This document shows, piece after piece, positions 1-13,393 of a stretch of 64,000 nt of DNA (position 1 is the first letter of the stretch; each line of letters starts with the position of its first letter). This DNA is from Eledone cirrhosa (lineage: Eukaryota). The stretch is taken from the NCBI GenBank assembly GCA_964016885.1, contig OZ024743.1:308016001-308080000 (forward strand). The letters run 5' to 3'. The notes beneath the pieces are model-generated. The model was not told where the DNA came from and ran no database searches. It worked only from the letters and a program-made list of their open reading frames with translations. The translations under genes were made by a program, and so were the position numbers.

Positions 1-93
1 CCATTTTCTGTTGTCTTCAACTATCTTTTTTTTTTTATTCATTTCATATGATCTTAGCCATGCAGGGCACTTTTTCAAATATATCATCATTTA

Positions 94-433
94 TCATCAT
101 CATCATTTCATTTTACGTCCACTTTTCCCTGCTTGCAAGGGTGGGACGGGAACTGATTCTGGCTTGATTTCTACAGCTGGATGCCCTTCCTAACACCAAC
201 CTCATTTACAGTGAGTGCTGGGTGCTTTTTTGCCGTGGCACCTCCACGATCACTTTGCAGTGGAATGATATGGACCCCAGTCCCTATCATCTCATTTCTA
301 CAGCTGAGTAAACTGGAGCAATGTGAAATAAAGTGTCTTGCTCAAGGAAACAACACATCACCCAGTCTGAGAATTGAACTCACAACCTTTCGATTGCAAG
401 GCCAATGCTCTAACCACTAAGCCATGTGCCTCC
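94..433 (-). mobile_element. tRNA-derived SINE with RTE-type 3' tail
   Basis: Minus strand has A box TGGCTTAGTGG, B box GTTCAATTC, CORE-like CCTTGAGCAAGACACTT, and a 3' end CCCACCCTTGCAAGCAGGGAAAAG...(TGA)n matching the RTE end at about 24270-24320. Confidence 0.85.
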
Positions 434-524
434 ATTATATATATATATATCCATTATATATATATATATCCATTATATATCCATATATATATATATGTGT
501 GTGCGTGTGTGTGTGTGTGTGTGT

Positions 525-847
525 GAAGGTGCATGGCTTAGTGGTTAGGGTGTTGGGCTTGCAATTGAGAAGTTACGAGTTCGTGTCTCGGACCGGGTGA
601 TGTGTTGTGTCCTTGAGCAAGACACTTTATTTCACGTTGCTCCAGTTCACTCAGCTGTAGAAATGAGTTGCAATGTCACTGATACCAAGCTGTATTGACC
701 TTTGCCTTTCCCTTGGACAACATCGGTGACGTGAAGAGGGGAGGCTGGTATGCATGGGTGACTACTGGTCTTTCACAAACAAGCATTGCCTATGCTTCTG
801 CCTCTAGGTGCAAAACCATCGTCATTATTGACCAATGGGGGGCCTCG
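525..847 (+). mobile_element. tRNA-derived SINE with the same head and body but a different tail
   Basis: GCATGGCTTAGTGGTTAG...GAGTTCGTGTC head and CCTTGAGCAAGACACTTTATTTCAC body; diverges after GTAGAAATGAG. Confidence 0.75.
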
Positions 848-1016
848 ATATATATATTACCCTGAACTTACTATCTTACATTTCTGACATATAGTGGTAG
901 AGAGACAGACATAGATAGATAAAAGAGAGCTAAAGAGACAGACAAACAGAAAGATGGCTTAATGGATAGAAAAATAGATATAAAGCAACAGACACACACA
1001 TTTATTGATTGAATTA

Positions 1017-1475
1017 GTTTTATCATGACACCAGTACTATCACTTTACATAGTGTACTGGGTACATTTTATCATGGCACCAGTACTACTACTTTAAAGAG
1101 TGTACAGGGTGTATTTTATCATGGTACCATCACTACTGCTTTACAGAGTGGGCTTGGTACATTTTATCATGGCACCAGAACTACAACTTTACAGAGTGTA
1201 CAGGGTGTATTTTATCATGGCACCATCATTACTGCTTTACAGAGTGGACTAGGTATATTTTATCATGGCACCAATACTACCACTTCACAGAGTGTACAGG
1301 GTGTATTTTATCATGGACCAGCACTACCACTTTACAGAGTGGGCTGGGTACATTTTATCATGGCACTAGTACTACCACTTTACAGAGTGAGCTGGGTGCA
1401 TTTCATTGCAGCGCCATAATTGCCACTTTACAGAATGGTTTGGGTATATTTTATCATGGCACCAGCATTACCATT
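1017..1475 (+). repeat. 48-bp minisatellite, about 9-10 diverged copies
   Basis: Unit TTTTATCATGGCACCAGTACTACCACTTTACAGAGTGGGCTGGGTACA. Confidence 0.85.
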
Positions 1476-2278
1476 ATTGCATAATTTTATCTCTTCAACT
1501 TGGTTAGCATGATCTTTCCAATATTGACAAATAGCAGAGCAACAGAGCATGTGATTAAATACACATAGATACAGCTGTCTGCAATGCTACACACACTGTT
1601 ATATGTTATTAAATACACATATATACTGCTGTCTGCAATGCTGCACACACTCACTGTTACTACAACACAAATAGACAATAAACACTGAACTATGCTATAG
1701 CTGACTTAGTAACAAGAAACATTTTAACCCTTTTGGTTCCAACCCAGCCAAAACCGGCTTGGGTTCCATCTATGAAACAAAATCAACATTTTAAAGGGTT
1801 TTTATTTAAATTAAAAGTTTTCCAACACAATTTTAAATACAAACTATGTGTCAAGTTTCTAATTAGTACTAAATAATTAATATTTTTAGAAAAATTTCCT
1901 TTCTATCCTTTTTGGCACTGTCATTATATTTGCCTCTTACAAAATGTAGGGATATAGTGGGCACACCTATTCTAAAATGGGAGCTCACAGCATTGGTTTA
2001 CACACACATAACCACATGCGCACATACACACACAAACATACGGATACACATACATAACCACATGCACACATACACACACAAACATACGGGCACACACACA
2101 CACACATGGACACACATGAACACACATACACACACAAACATACGGGCACACACACACACACATGGACATACACACACACACACACAAACACACATATACA
2201 CTTCTAACATACTATAAGTAGTTATATACACTTTTAACTACTACTACTACCATCATCACCACCACCACCACCACCACC

Positions 2279-2328
<50 letters not shown>

Positions 2329-3157
2329 AACAACAGACCATGAATACTTCTATACCAGTGGCTGGTTATATACTGCACACCACCTAATAGCAACAATACA
2401 TACAATAATTTATACATGAGCCAATGAGAGAATCTCTACGTGGTTGTTTGATCTGCTAGAAATAACAGTGAAATCTTCATATGTCACACCCACCATTATC
2501 ATTTAACTGCAGTTGCAAACAACTGCAACACTCTGCAACTCAATGCAACTTTCATAATTAAATGCAGTTCTGCAGTGGTGTGATTAGTCCTGGCAATTGG
2601 CTTTTGCAGAATTGTCAGAACCTGGGACCATATTCCTTATAACATTTACTCCTAGTTCTTTATATTCTGATTCTTAAATTACTTGGGGTCAACTTTGTCT
2701 TTTGTCCTGAAGTCAATAAAATACCAGCAAGATACTAGGGTTGATAAAATCAACTCCTTCCCACTCCTGAAATTGTGCACAAATTAAAAAGGACAGGCAG
2801 TTTTTATCTGCCTGGTGGCCATGGCAAAAGAGGTCATGTGATTGATGCATTTAAAAGGGTTTAGAACTTTCCTCATTAGCAAAGCTCTGATTAATTATTT
2901 CTGGTTTCATTTGAAGAAGAAAATGAGTGGAGAGAGAAGTGTTGCCTTCCAACCAGTTTGTTGAAAGGTGGGTGAGAGTGGCAAGCATGGTCCGTGTGAA
3001 TGGGGCTGCTCTGAGTATGTGCCTGTAGATTAGAGAACAACTGGTTGGGGGATTTTGTGGACTTTCTCCCCAAGTGACCTGCAGAAGTTTCTTCCCTATT
3101 GGGGAATTTGATTTTGTTTGAATTTTTACATGTTTCATTGTTTTTGTTTTAAGTTTT

Positions 3158-3675
3158 TAATAATAATGAAATTATTGTGTACAGTGCTCAGGTGCACTAC
3201 AACTCATAAAAGGTACATGTATAGTACATAGAATAATGTACAAATGTCAGGAAAGTAAACAGATTATGGGTCATGATATACATGTGTGTATGTGTTTGGA
3301 GGGGGAATATCAGGTGTAGTGTTGGCAGATTTTGGGAAGCGTGGAAGTTTTAAAGGATGCAGTGACCCAACAGCTAACACCTGATGCAGGTAGTTTGTTC
3401 CTTCAGCAACTCTGAGCGTAAAAAAAATGTTTCCGAAAGTCATGGGAACTGTGTTGTTTTCTGACTTTGTAGGCATGCCCACAGGTGTTAGACACATGGA
3501 ATTCAAAAAGCTATTCAGGGTTGTTGTTGGCAAGATGGTTAACAATCTTGTGGGTGTTTACTAAGTCAGTTGTCAGATGTCAGAGCTTCAATGTATCCAT
3601 ACCAAGGGAAGTAAGGTGTTCAGAGTATGGTAGATGCCTGATGGAGGGTATTCACTTGGTTGCACGTCTCTGAAT
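3158..3675 (-). mobile_element. CR1-clade LINE 3' fragment, degenerate
   Basis: Minus strand translates to QRRATK*IPSIRHLPYSEHLTSLGMDTLKL...DLVNTHKI and FFTLRVAE, typical of CR1 ORF2 C-termini; its 3' end recurs at about 4710-4795. Confidence 0.7.
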
Positions 3676-4340
3676 AGTTATATATGCAAAAACCCACTCT
3701 GTGTCGTCCTTAATGTTTTCTTAATGTGAGACCTGTGTGTCTAATAAAGGAATCATTATTACATAATTGGCAACATAGAGTTCAAATTCTGAGTTCAAAT
3801 TCTGCCATGGTTAGCTTTGCTTTTCATCATTACAGGGTGGATTAAGTACCAGTAATGTACTGGGGTCAATTCAATCAACTTTCCCTCTTCCCTCCAAATT
3901 GCTGGGAAGCTACTAAAGTAGAAACAATTGTTATTATTATTATTTAGCAAAGGCTCCAATGTAGGTTAAAATATGTCTGGCTACCAAAAGTTTGTAAATT
4001 GTTTTAACCATTTTCACCTAAAATCCTCCATGGTTTTAGGATAGAAAAGTGTTTGTATTTATGCAAATTTTTTCTTTATAAATTTATGTATAGGACTTTT
4101 GTAAGTTATGTTCCAAACACCAGCTAAATAACAAGAAAGTTATTTATGTTACTAGATATCTAACAATACTCAATTATTTTCAGAATTATCTAAACATCAT
4201 AGACAATGTCTTTTATTAGAAATATGGTAATAAAGGGATTAAGGCATGGAGGTTCTGCGTCTATGGACGATTCTGGATAATATCGTTCTCCAAATTGGTT
4301 CATTTTCAAACAGACTGTCTTTTACATCTTAACATCTTAA

Positions 4341-4544
4341 CCCTTTAGCATTCACATTACTCTATATATACTATTATATGTTCATGGGAAAGGCTTTACC
4401 TCACATAATAATCTATAAGATTTTGATATTATTCATTTTGAGAACAATACCTTAACGTTAGTATGAGTGGCCGGTTATGGCTGGTTTAAACAGAAAGAGG
4501 TGAGAGAATTCTGGCTGGATATGGCCAGTTTAAATACTTAAGGG
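4341..4544 (+). mobile_element. piggyBac-like MITE
   Basis: TTAA|CCCTTTAG ... TAAGGG|CTAA termini; inverted copy at 18003-18221. Confidence 0.6.
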
Positions 4545-4669
4545 CTAATCTTCTTTTGGCTGAGTGGTTAAGTTGTTCGCTTCACAATCATGGTTTTCTG
4601 GGTTCAATCTCATTTTATGGCATCTTGGACAATTGTCTTTTACCATAACTTTTGTTTATGGAAGCTTAT

Positions 4670-4945
4670 CAGGTGAATTATACCTGTATGGAAGCTGCCA
4701 GGTGAATTATAATAATGAAAATTATTGTGTACAGTGCTCAGGTGCACTACAACTCATCAAAGGTGCATGTGTTGTACATAGAATAATGTACAAATATACC
4801 TGTACGGAAGCTGTCGGGTGAATAATATCTATATGGAACCATGGGGCCGCTCAGGTGAATTATACCTGTAGGGAAGCTGTCAGGTGAATTATACCTGTAT
4901 GGAAGATGTTAAGTGAATTATACCTGTATGGTTCAGGTGAATTGA
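4670..4945 (+). repeat. About 30-bp tandem repeat interrupted by a CR1 3'-end fragment
   Basis: Repeated CAGGTGAATTATACCTGTATGGAAGCTG. Confidence 0.65.
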
Positions 4946-5185
4946 TCCCGTAATTCAAAGATCCATCTTTGTCACACTGATTCTTCTTCAGAATTAGGTT
5001 GACCCTTTTCATACAAAGCTGATCAAAACCAGTTCTGGTTCTATGAAACAAAACCAACCATTTCAAAGGGTTCTTGATAAAATTAAAATCTTCCAACATC
5101 ATTTTACAAGTTACTATCTTAATAATAAAAAGATTAATAATGTTTGTAAATCCCTGAAAATTCTTCATTAATTAATTAATATAAG

Positions 5186-5372
5186 GGCGGTGGATTGGCA
5201 GTATCAGTAGAGAGTCGGACGCCATGCTTTCCAGCATAGTTACGTCCCTTTACGATCTGAGTTCAAATCCCGCCGAGGTTCACTTTGCCTTTCATCCTTA
5301 CGGGGTCGGTAAAATAAAGTACCAGTAATGCACTGGATAATTGCTGGCCTTGTGCCTAAAGTAGAAACAATT
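5186..5372 (+). mobile_element. Second SINE family (tRNA-like head, about 190 bp)
   Basis: GGCGGTGGATTGGCAGTATC...GAGTTCAAATCCCGCC...AAAGTAGAAACAATT; close copies at 36132, 39100 and 46468. Confidence 0.8.
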
Positions 5373-6284
5373 AATTAATTAATATAACAACTTGTATTTG
5401 TTTTATTTCAATATGTATAATAAATAGTACAACAAAACAACAAACGTTTACAGATAAAAGTTTAAGAAATAATATTACAAATTGTTCACAATTATTTCAG
5501 AATAAAAATATATATTAAATACTCTCAGGTCTTGAATAATGCCCCTAAATCCCTGTTATTAATTTTTCAGATTCCCCACCCCCACCCCCGTGCTTTTCCT
5601 AATCTATCACCGGTGAAATTTTATTGTAAGTGATTCATATCTATACAGCAGCTGGAATATTTAATAATTATTTTATTTTACATTAAAAAACATTATATAT
5701 GACAAAAAAAGAACATTTCAAGAAATACCATATTTACGAACATACTTGGGACCTGAGACTAATTAAAGTTGAGTATATTTCATTAGAAATATGATCACAA
5801 AAAGGTTAAGGGTACACGTGTCTGTGGAATGCTCAGCTACTTACATGTTAATTTAATGGGTAGAGTTCTCAGTTGATTGAACTATTGAACTATTGAATGT
5901 TCACAGTTGAAACCAATGAAAGATCTGTCAATCTTCTAATATAAATCCAATTACATCTAAATATAATATAAATTAACCCAGTATTTGATGCATTATTTTG
6001 TCAACTGCCCCCCACCCCCACACACAAAATAAATAAAAAACAAAACAAAAACACCAAAGTTGACCTCAGTGAGATTTGAACTCAGAATATAAAGGGTTAT
6101 ATAACTAAACACCACAAAGCATTTTCTCCAAAGTTCTGACAATTGTGCTAATCCAGAATATATATTTCTTCCACTGCATTATTTCCTTTAATTAACCGAC
6201 TTTGTTTTTGAACTTCTGCATTCCTACATTGAAATAACCAGTCATAGTAGATATAATCTCTCCCTCTCTCTCTGTCTCTCGCTT

Positions 6285-6326
<42 letters not shown>

Positions 6327-6734
6327 ATTCTCTGATACAACCCATCATATCAATAATCCATATTTACTTTTGTTGCATGTCTTCTAAAATTGAATCTGTC
6401 TGGCCATGATAAATTTATGCATATCGTCAAAATCCATCATTATGTATACTAATCAAAATCCATCATGGCTTCTATTCCTTATTATCTTGTTTGCTTCCTC
6501 TATCCAATCTTGTATTTTTTATAACACACTAAATGTTTTTTTTTAAACAAACCATTTTGTTTTGAATAGTAAATATAACCCTAGTTCCAATGCAGTGAAT
6601 TGGCAGAATTGGTCAAGTGTTGGATAAGATATCTTTTAGTATTTATTCCAGCTTTTTTACTTCTAAGTTCTTGGGTCATAAACTTAATCCATCACATGGT
6701 CTTTAGGTGCCTTTAGCAGAATCCACTATGTAGT

Positions 6735-6910
6735 CAGTATTCAGGATAATTCTCCAATTTGAGTATAAAACCCACTTTCCTCACAACTGTTGTCAGTATC
6801 GAGGACAATTCTCTAATTTGAGTATAAAACCCACTTTCCTCATAACTGTTATAAGATTTCAGGATAATTCTCCAATTTTAGTATAAAACCCTCTTTCCTT
6901 ACAACTGTCT
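6735..6910 (+). repeat. 56-bp tandem repeat, 3 copies
   Basis: AGGATAATTCTCCAATTTGAGTATAAAACCCACTTTCCTCACAACTG repeated three times. Confidence 0.75.
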
Positions 6911-9900
6911 TGGAGGCTCCGAGAAAAAAATATCTTATCAACCCTGAAAGGATGAAAGGTAAAGTTAATTTCGTCAGGATTTCAATACAGAGCACAGTGA
7001 CTCTTTTGCTGTTTCTCAAATGCTTAATGCTGCAACAAAGGTGGAGTGAGGTGAGTTAGGGGAGTGGGCAGTGGTCTGTGTGTGTGGTTGGGGGACTCAT
7101 TGAATCCTTACCCAAACACAATAACTACTAAACTACAGTGATTTAATCTATAAATTACATTTTTTCAGCCTGTGGCTTCTGATATCAGTTTTTGTCATCA
7201 TTAATGACTCACCTTACTAAAGTATCAGGTGATATAGGTGAGGGTGCTTGGCTATTCCAGCACCCTAGCCCTGCTATCACCTGTAGGAATTCTGTGAGTT
7301 TCTTTAGCTTGCTCAAATATTTTTAGAGGGAAACACCAACATTCCGTGTTTTAGTGTGTAACTGAGGGACCCCACTACCACTAGCTGTAATGCCATAAGT
7401 ATCTTGGCATGTCTCTAAATTGTTTTGAGGGAAACACCAGAATTCCCTGTTTTAGTATGTAACTGAGGGATCCACTATCACTACCAATGCCAGATTACGA
7501 CAAATGAGGCCTTGTGTTAGTTAAGTTATGAGGCCCCTTACTTAGGCCCTGAAGGAGGTAATTCATTGTAAAAAATTTTGGGGCAGGAAGATGCCCCACC
7601 CCCCTCCCCAGCCAACAGGGCCCTGTGCTTAAACACACCTAAGCACAATGCTAAATCCAGCACTACTAGTGATTCACTAGAAGCAATACCATGACTATCT
7701 TGGCATGTCTCTTAAGCTTGGTTGCTTAAATTTTCTCCTTTGTTTTCTCTGACTAATTTTTAATTGATTTTTCTTTTTTGTAAATCATATTTATTATATA
7801 AGCTGAAGAGATTAATAAACCTAACAACAGTGATGCTGGGGCACTGTTATAATAATTGAATTAAATTCTAAGCCTGAAAGTTGATAGGTTTTTTTTTATG
7901 TTTAGTTGGTAATTATTTCCATACAGTTAGTTTCATAAAATAAAGAAGTTGTTTGAAATAAAAATGGTTAAACTAGCTTTTTGTGACAAAAATGCATTTA
8001 AAGATTAAACATTTTTTAAAATTTTTGTTAGCATTTTTTCTTTATTTAAATTCATTATCACCATTTAACATCCATTTTTCCACACTAGCATAGGTTAGAC
8101 AAGTTGTCCCATTGTGAGACAAGTCAGATCAGATGATCATGTCCTGCTCACACAGAACTGTTTCTGACTTGATTTCTATGGCTGGATGCCTTTTCTAAGT
8201 TTGGAATGGGTGCTTTATATTGTGGCACCAAAATGACCACTTTATAGAGTAGACTGGGTGCTTTTTGTTGTGTCATCAACACAACCATTTTAAATTAACT
8301 AAACTATATAGACTTTTGAAAAAATATTTTGTTTATGTTAATAGGGCTGAAAGTTCACATATAAGGAGAGTTGGCGCTACCATTAAGACAAACTAGGTAG
8401 CCTCCTAGGGTGTAAACCTCAGGAAGGTACCTAACTGAATCTTAAATGATCACAGTTTGATACACATTTTTATAATTAAATTAGATATATAATAATTTCC
8501 TGCAATAAATTAATCTATAAACATTTTTGCAAAGTAGCATTGTGAAAATATCTAAAATGGTGGAGAAGGTCATAGAGTAATATGACCTGTCACATAATTT
8601 GGTGTGGGTGAGTGTGGACTGTGTAGTAGAAAATGTAAGCTTAGTAATTTTGTTAGTGTGGACAGAACAAGAAGTGTTAAAAATTAAGTTTGTCAGCTGA
8701 TGAAACTTGAAATTACTTTATTTGGGAGAATGGGGTGTATGGTTAGAAGGGGGGCACACTTTGTAAAGCTAGCTTAGGGTGCTAAATACCCAGTTACACA
8801 TTGTAGAGCTAGCCTAGGGTGATAAATACATAGACACATATTGTAGAGCTAACCTAGGGTACTAAAAACAGACACACAATGTAGATATTCTAGGGTGCTA
8901 AATACACAAGCACCAGCTCTGAGTATAAAGAAATAGATTTATCTTTCAGCTTCTTTAAATCTATTTAGTTCCTTCATTCAATATCTTTCTATCTGTTTGT
9001 TTATATCTATCTCTGTTTTTCTCCTGTCCTTTCTTCTCTATCACTCGTTTCCAATCAACATACAACAAAGCAGATTTAAAAAGATATCTGAGATATAAAT
9101 TTTAATGAGATTGGTGGTCAGTCTTATAACTATTTTCTCCCAAGAGTGAAGACGTTAAGTGGGAGGGGGAGAGAGGGAAAGTAAGAGATAGAGAGAGAGA
9201 GAGAGGGAGAGAGAGAGAGATGGTAAATGAGAGAAAGAAAGAGATACATAGATAAAGGGAGAGAGAAAGAAAAGGGGGAGAGAAAGAAAAAGAAAAAGAG
9301 CTCGTGAGAGAGAAAGAGAGATAATGAGTGAAAGAGATAACTAGAGAGAGAGAATAAGGAGTTAGAGGTAGATAAAGAGAGAAAGAGAGACAGAAGGAGA
9401 GAGAGGTACATAGAGAAAGATACTCAGAGAACGGGAGAAAAAGAGAAAGAGATAGATAGAGAGATACACAGAGAAAGGGATATAGAGAGAAAATGGAGAT
9501 AGCTAGATAGATAGAGAGAAAGTAGTGAGTATGGCTGTGAAAGAAAAGAAGCTAAAGAAAGCTAAGTGGTTGTTAGTAAAGTGATCAATAGATGGCGCCG
9601 TCTACCCTCACCACTACCACCACCAGCAACAAGGACCACTATATCATGCAGACCGCAGTATCTCCTCGTTCAATGACGACCACCACTCTTATTCTTCTCC
9701 TTCTTCTTGTTAACAACAGACCAGAGAAAAGACTTAGAGGGGTACGGCAATATATTCAGATATAGCTGAAAAATTTAACTGTCAGCTGCTGACCGTGAAA
9801 AAAGAAGGAATCTTTCGCTCCCCTTTTGTCATGAGCGATCTCACGTTATTCTGTCTGACAAAACAAGGACATTATTACAACACCGCTGGGTAGGTAGGTA

Positions 9901-10132
9901 GGTATTATCACCTACCGAGATGACCAGTCGGCATTCTTGTCTTCTTTACATACCCTCTGCTGCAGTTGTCTTTCGTTAACAATTAAACAACACGGAATCT
10001 ATCAATATAGCAGCAATATTTGCCTTCGATCACTTGTCTTCCGTTTCCTCATGGTCACCTAGTTTCTGATTGATACTGCTCTCCATCTCCATTGCTTTCA
10101 AAAAATATTTACTATACAGCATTTTCACATGC

Positions 10133-10173
<41 letters not shown>

Positions 10174-11130
10174 ATTGATTATATATTTTAAAAAATGGGT
10201 ATGTTTATGTATATATACCATGTTAATTATGTAAGAGGACATAGAAGAAAGAAAACAGCACAGCTCATTCAAAGAAATGTAGTAGGGTCGGAATAAATAA
10301 GGTTTGTTCTCCAACATTCACTCACTGATGTCTTTGGAGTACATATACACACACATATATATATATACATCGTTAGACGGACACGTGTTAACGTAATGGA
10401 ATGTGATATAGAAGATATCACAAGACACCCTTAGCAATAAAACACATCTGCAGGTAAGGTACTCGTCTTTCTAAATGTTTGTTAAACTTAACTAAACACA
10501 CAAAAAACCTTGTATATATTTATTATGCGAACACCTCGTCGTCTGCCTGCCTGCCTTGTGTGTGTATGTTTGTGTTCGCGTAGTGCTTGCGTATGTATGA
10601 GTGTGTGTATGTGCTAGTGTCACTATGTATTTGTCATGGTCAGTGTGTCAGTAGTAGTGTCATCGTGTATGGTGTGCATATATGTGTGCGTACACACGTG
10701 TGTGTATGTGTGCGTGTGTAAACGAAGGATGAATAAAATATATGCCTGTTATGTCTGTGTGTATATATGTAATCATGTGTCTGTAGACGTTATTGTGTAT
10801 GTATGTAATCATGTCTCGTTATGTCATTACGTGTGTGTATGTAATGATGTCTGTGTATATATGTAATCATGTGTACGGCTGTAACACCGTATCAATGCAA
10901 ATATATTTGAGTATATTTACTTATGCATGTACATTTAATAGAAGAATTAGCCAATGTATTAAGCCTACGATACACATGTATTAAGATGTATGCTTAATAA
11001 ACATACAAACACGCACACATACACACACACACACGCATATATATATATATATATATATATGTACATGTGATAGATGACATGCAAGCAGAAAAAATAGATG
11101 GTAAAAGGCGATGATACACACACACACACA

Positions 11131-11210
11131 CACGGTGTCCCGAAAAAATGTATACATACTTTTATTAGAATGCTGTAGAAGTGTGTATGCATTTTTGGGG
11201 GGACACTTAA
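11131..11210. mobile_element. Tc1/mariner-like mini-MITE
   Basis: Imperfect TIRs GGTGTCCCGAAAAAATGTATACATACTT / AAGTGTGTATGCATTTTTGGGGGGACAC; same family as 16069-16169. Confidence 0.6.
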
Positions 11211-11842
11211 ATACATACATATGTATGTATATATATATATATATATACATAGATATATATACATATATATGCACACACACACACATTGTGTGTGTATACA
11301 AAAGTAAACGGAAAGAGCAAACCAAACAATACACAGTACAATGAAAAAGTATATTGTATTCTGAAAATATAGAAACGCTCTATGTGGTTGGTTCACGTCC
11401 TAGAAATGGCAGCCAAATTTTCCTCACGCACCCTTTTGTTTAAAAAAAAAAACGGACAGACACATTGGAGTGTGTAGTCCTAGATATACTGTACCCGAAT
11501 AAAAGACGGGATGGTCGTGATTGGAATACTTTTGATTATGTCTGCTCAGTTAGAGCCGACATGGGGTTAAATCAAGTATGTGTATGTTTGTATTAAAAAG
11601 ATGTATGTATGTGTGTGTGATGTTTATATGTGTGTGTGTATGTATGTATAATTTTGTTGACTAACTCCGACGTTTCGCCGGTGGGTGGAGGCTTTTTTAC
11701 CAGCTGACAGTTTGAACAAACCACAACCAGCGAGACTTCGAAGTCACTATTCAAAAGTATAATGAATATTTTAGACCCTATACACACACATCATGTATTG
11801 AGTTCTTTATCTATGTTGTTTATTCAATATTTTCTTTTTATA

Positions 11843-12040
11843 CGGGGGTCGAGTGAAAAGTTCATAGGCTGACCAAGATACTTACATGGAATTATCAAAT
11901 GCGGTTTACTTTTCAATATAGACTCTGGAAAGAAACAATGCAGTTGTTAATAAGAAGAGCCGAAATGAATGCATGGAAGATTTGACAGTACTAGCATCAC
12001 TACTTCATAGTCATCCTATGAACTTTTCAGCCGCCCCTAG
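11843..12040. mobile_element. mariner-like MITE with TA flanks
   Basis: TA|CGGGGGTCGAGTGAAAAGTTCATAGGCTGAC ... GTCATCCTATGAACTTTTCAGCCGCCCCTAG|TA. Confidence 0.7.
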
Positions 12041-12291
12041 TATACATTTAAGAATATACACGCACATATACATTAGAATGGGTGATTAAAATACCATAGT
12101 ACTCAAAATATTCAAACATGAACTGAATGAGCACTCAATGCGTGTAGTAGAGTTTAAATTTAATTTTATGAGTAAAAAAAATAAATAAATAAAAGGTAGA
12201 AGTGACTTCGAAGTTTCAACTTGGTCGTTTTCGTCTGGCTGCTTCTTGTGATATATATGTGTGTATCTGTGTATGTGTATGCATATAAGTA

Positions 12292-12323
<32 letters not shown>

Positions 12324-12896
12324 GATACACACATACACATAAACATATATGCATACTTATATGTACACACATATATATATACACTCACATAAACATACAG
12401 ATACATGCACATTCACACACACATATAAAATCATACATATGTACAGAGGTATACACACACATATACATACAGACACGCACATAAATATATATATATACAT
12501 TTTTATTAAGGCTAAAAAGTGAGTCTTGTTACTTTTTCGCCTGATTATCCCTACTTCGGTATTGAGTACTCCTTTCTCTCAGCCGTCAACCATATACGGA
12601 TATATATGCATATATATCTTTGTACATTATTCTATGAACTATACATGCTCCTTTGATGAGTTGTAGTGCACCTGAGCACCGTACATAATAATTTTCATTA
12701 TATTTTCATTATATATACACACATGGACGGACGGAAATATAGGCACACACACACGTGTGTGTGTGTGTGCGCCTATATTTCCGTCATTCCGACCACCCCT
12801 TCCAACAGACATTCCACCACTGACTTCCCTCACAACCTTAAAAAACAAACTATTCTTTCTTCCTTTACATTTTGGTTTATTTACTTCCTATTTCAG

Positions 12897-13393
12897 AATC
12901 ACACTGGCCTAGTCACCACCAACTGTTGACAACACTAGCCGCTGGGGTGGTGGGAACCATTTCACTACAGACTGACTACCCACCCGGATTGTCTCTATCC
13001 GTCCCGTCCGTCCGTTTGTCCGACAGTTGCCAACCAATACTGCCAGGTGCTTTTGTTTGTTGGTTGGTTTTTAACCCTATTTCATTCCCCCAAAACAGCT
13101 ACTACCATCACTGCCGCATTCCGTGACCACCACTCCGAGTAAGAACCTCCAGTAAACCCTTTAACCCCCGGCTCGGCCTGTTGGCTGCAAGCCTATGGAG
13201 AGAGCTCCACGATACCCAGACACACTCAAAGAAATCTCTATACTGCAGTACCTCCATCGTGGTGGTGATAGTGGTCGTCGTCGTCGCTGTGGAGGTTGTT
13301 CAAGTCAACATCATCACCATCACCATCATCATTATTATTATTATCAACATCACCACTGCCAGACCACCGGTCATTGCGGTTCCAAGTCCAGTT
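12897..13393 (+). promoter_or_regulatory. Probable 5' UTR or promoter-proximal CpG-enriched region of the Rab gene
   Basis: Unique, CpG-richer sequence directly upstream of the ATG; preceded by a strong pyrimidine tract ending tttcag at 12896 (possible acceptor). Confidence 0.4.

Noticed and set aside
362-433. tRNA gene
   Set aside because: Has A and B boxes but continues into a SINE body and tail and is multi-copy; it is a SINE head.
1912-2231. His/Thr and Cys/Val ORFs (and similar ones at 10636-15167, 37511-37914, 53229-53643)
   Set aside because: CA/GT and triplet microsatellite artefacts.
8697-8720. CTGATGA-AACTT-GAAA hammerhead-like string
   Set aside because: No supporting stem I or stem III; probably chance.
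13181-13393. N-terminal extension of the Rab ORF
   Set aside because: Starts at TTG and crosses triplet repeats; homology begins at the ATG at 13394.
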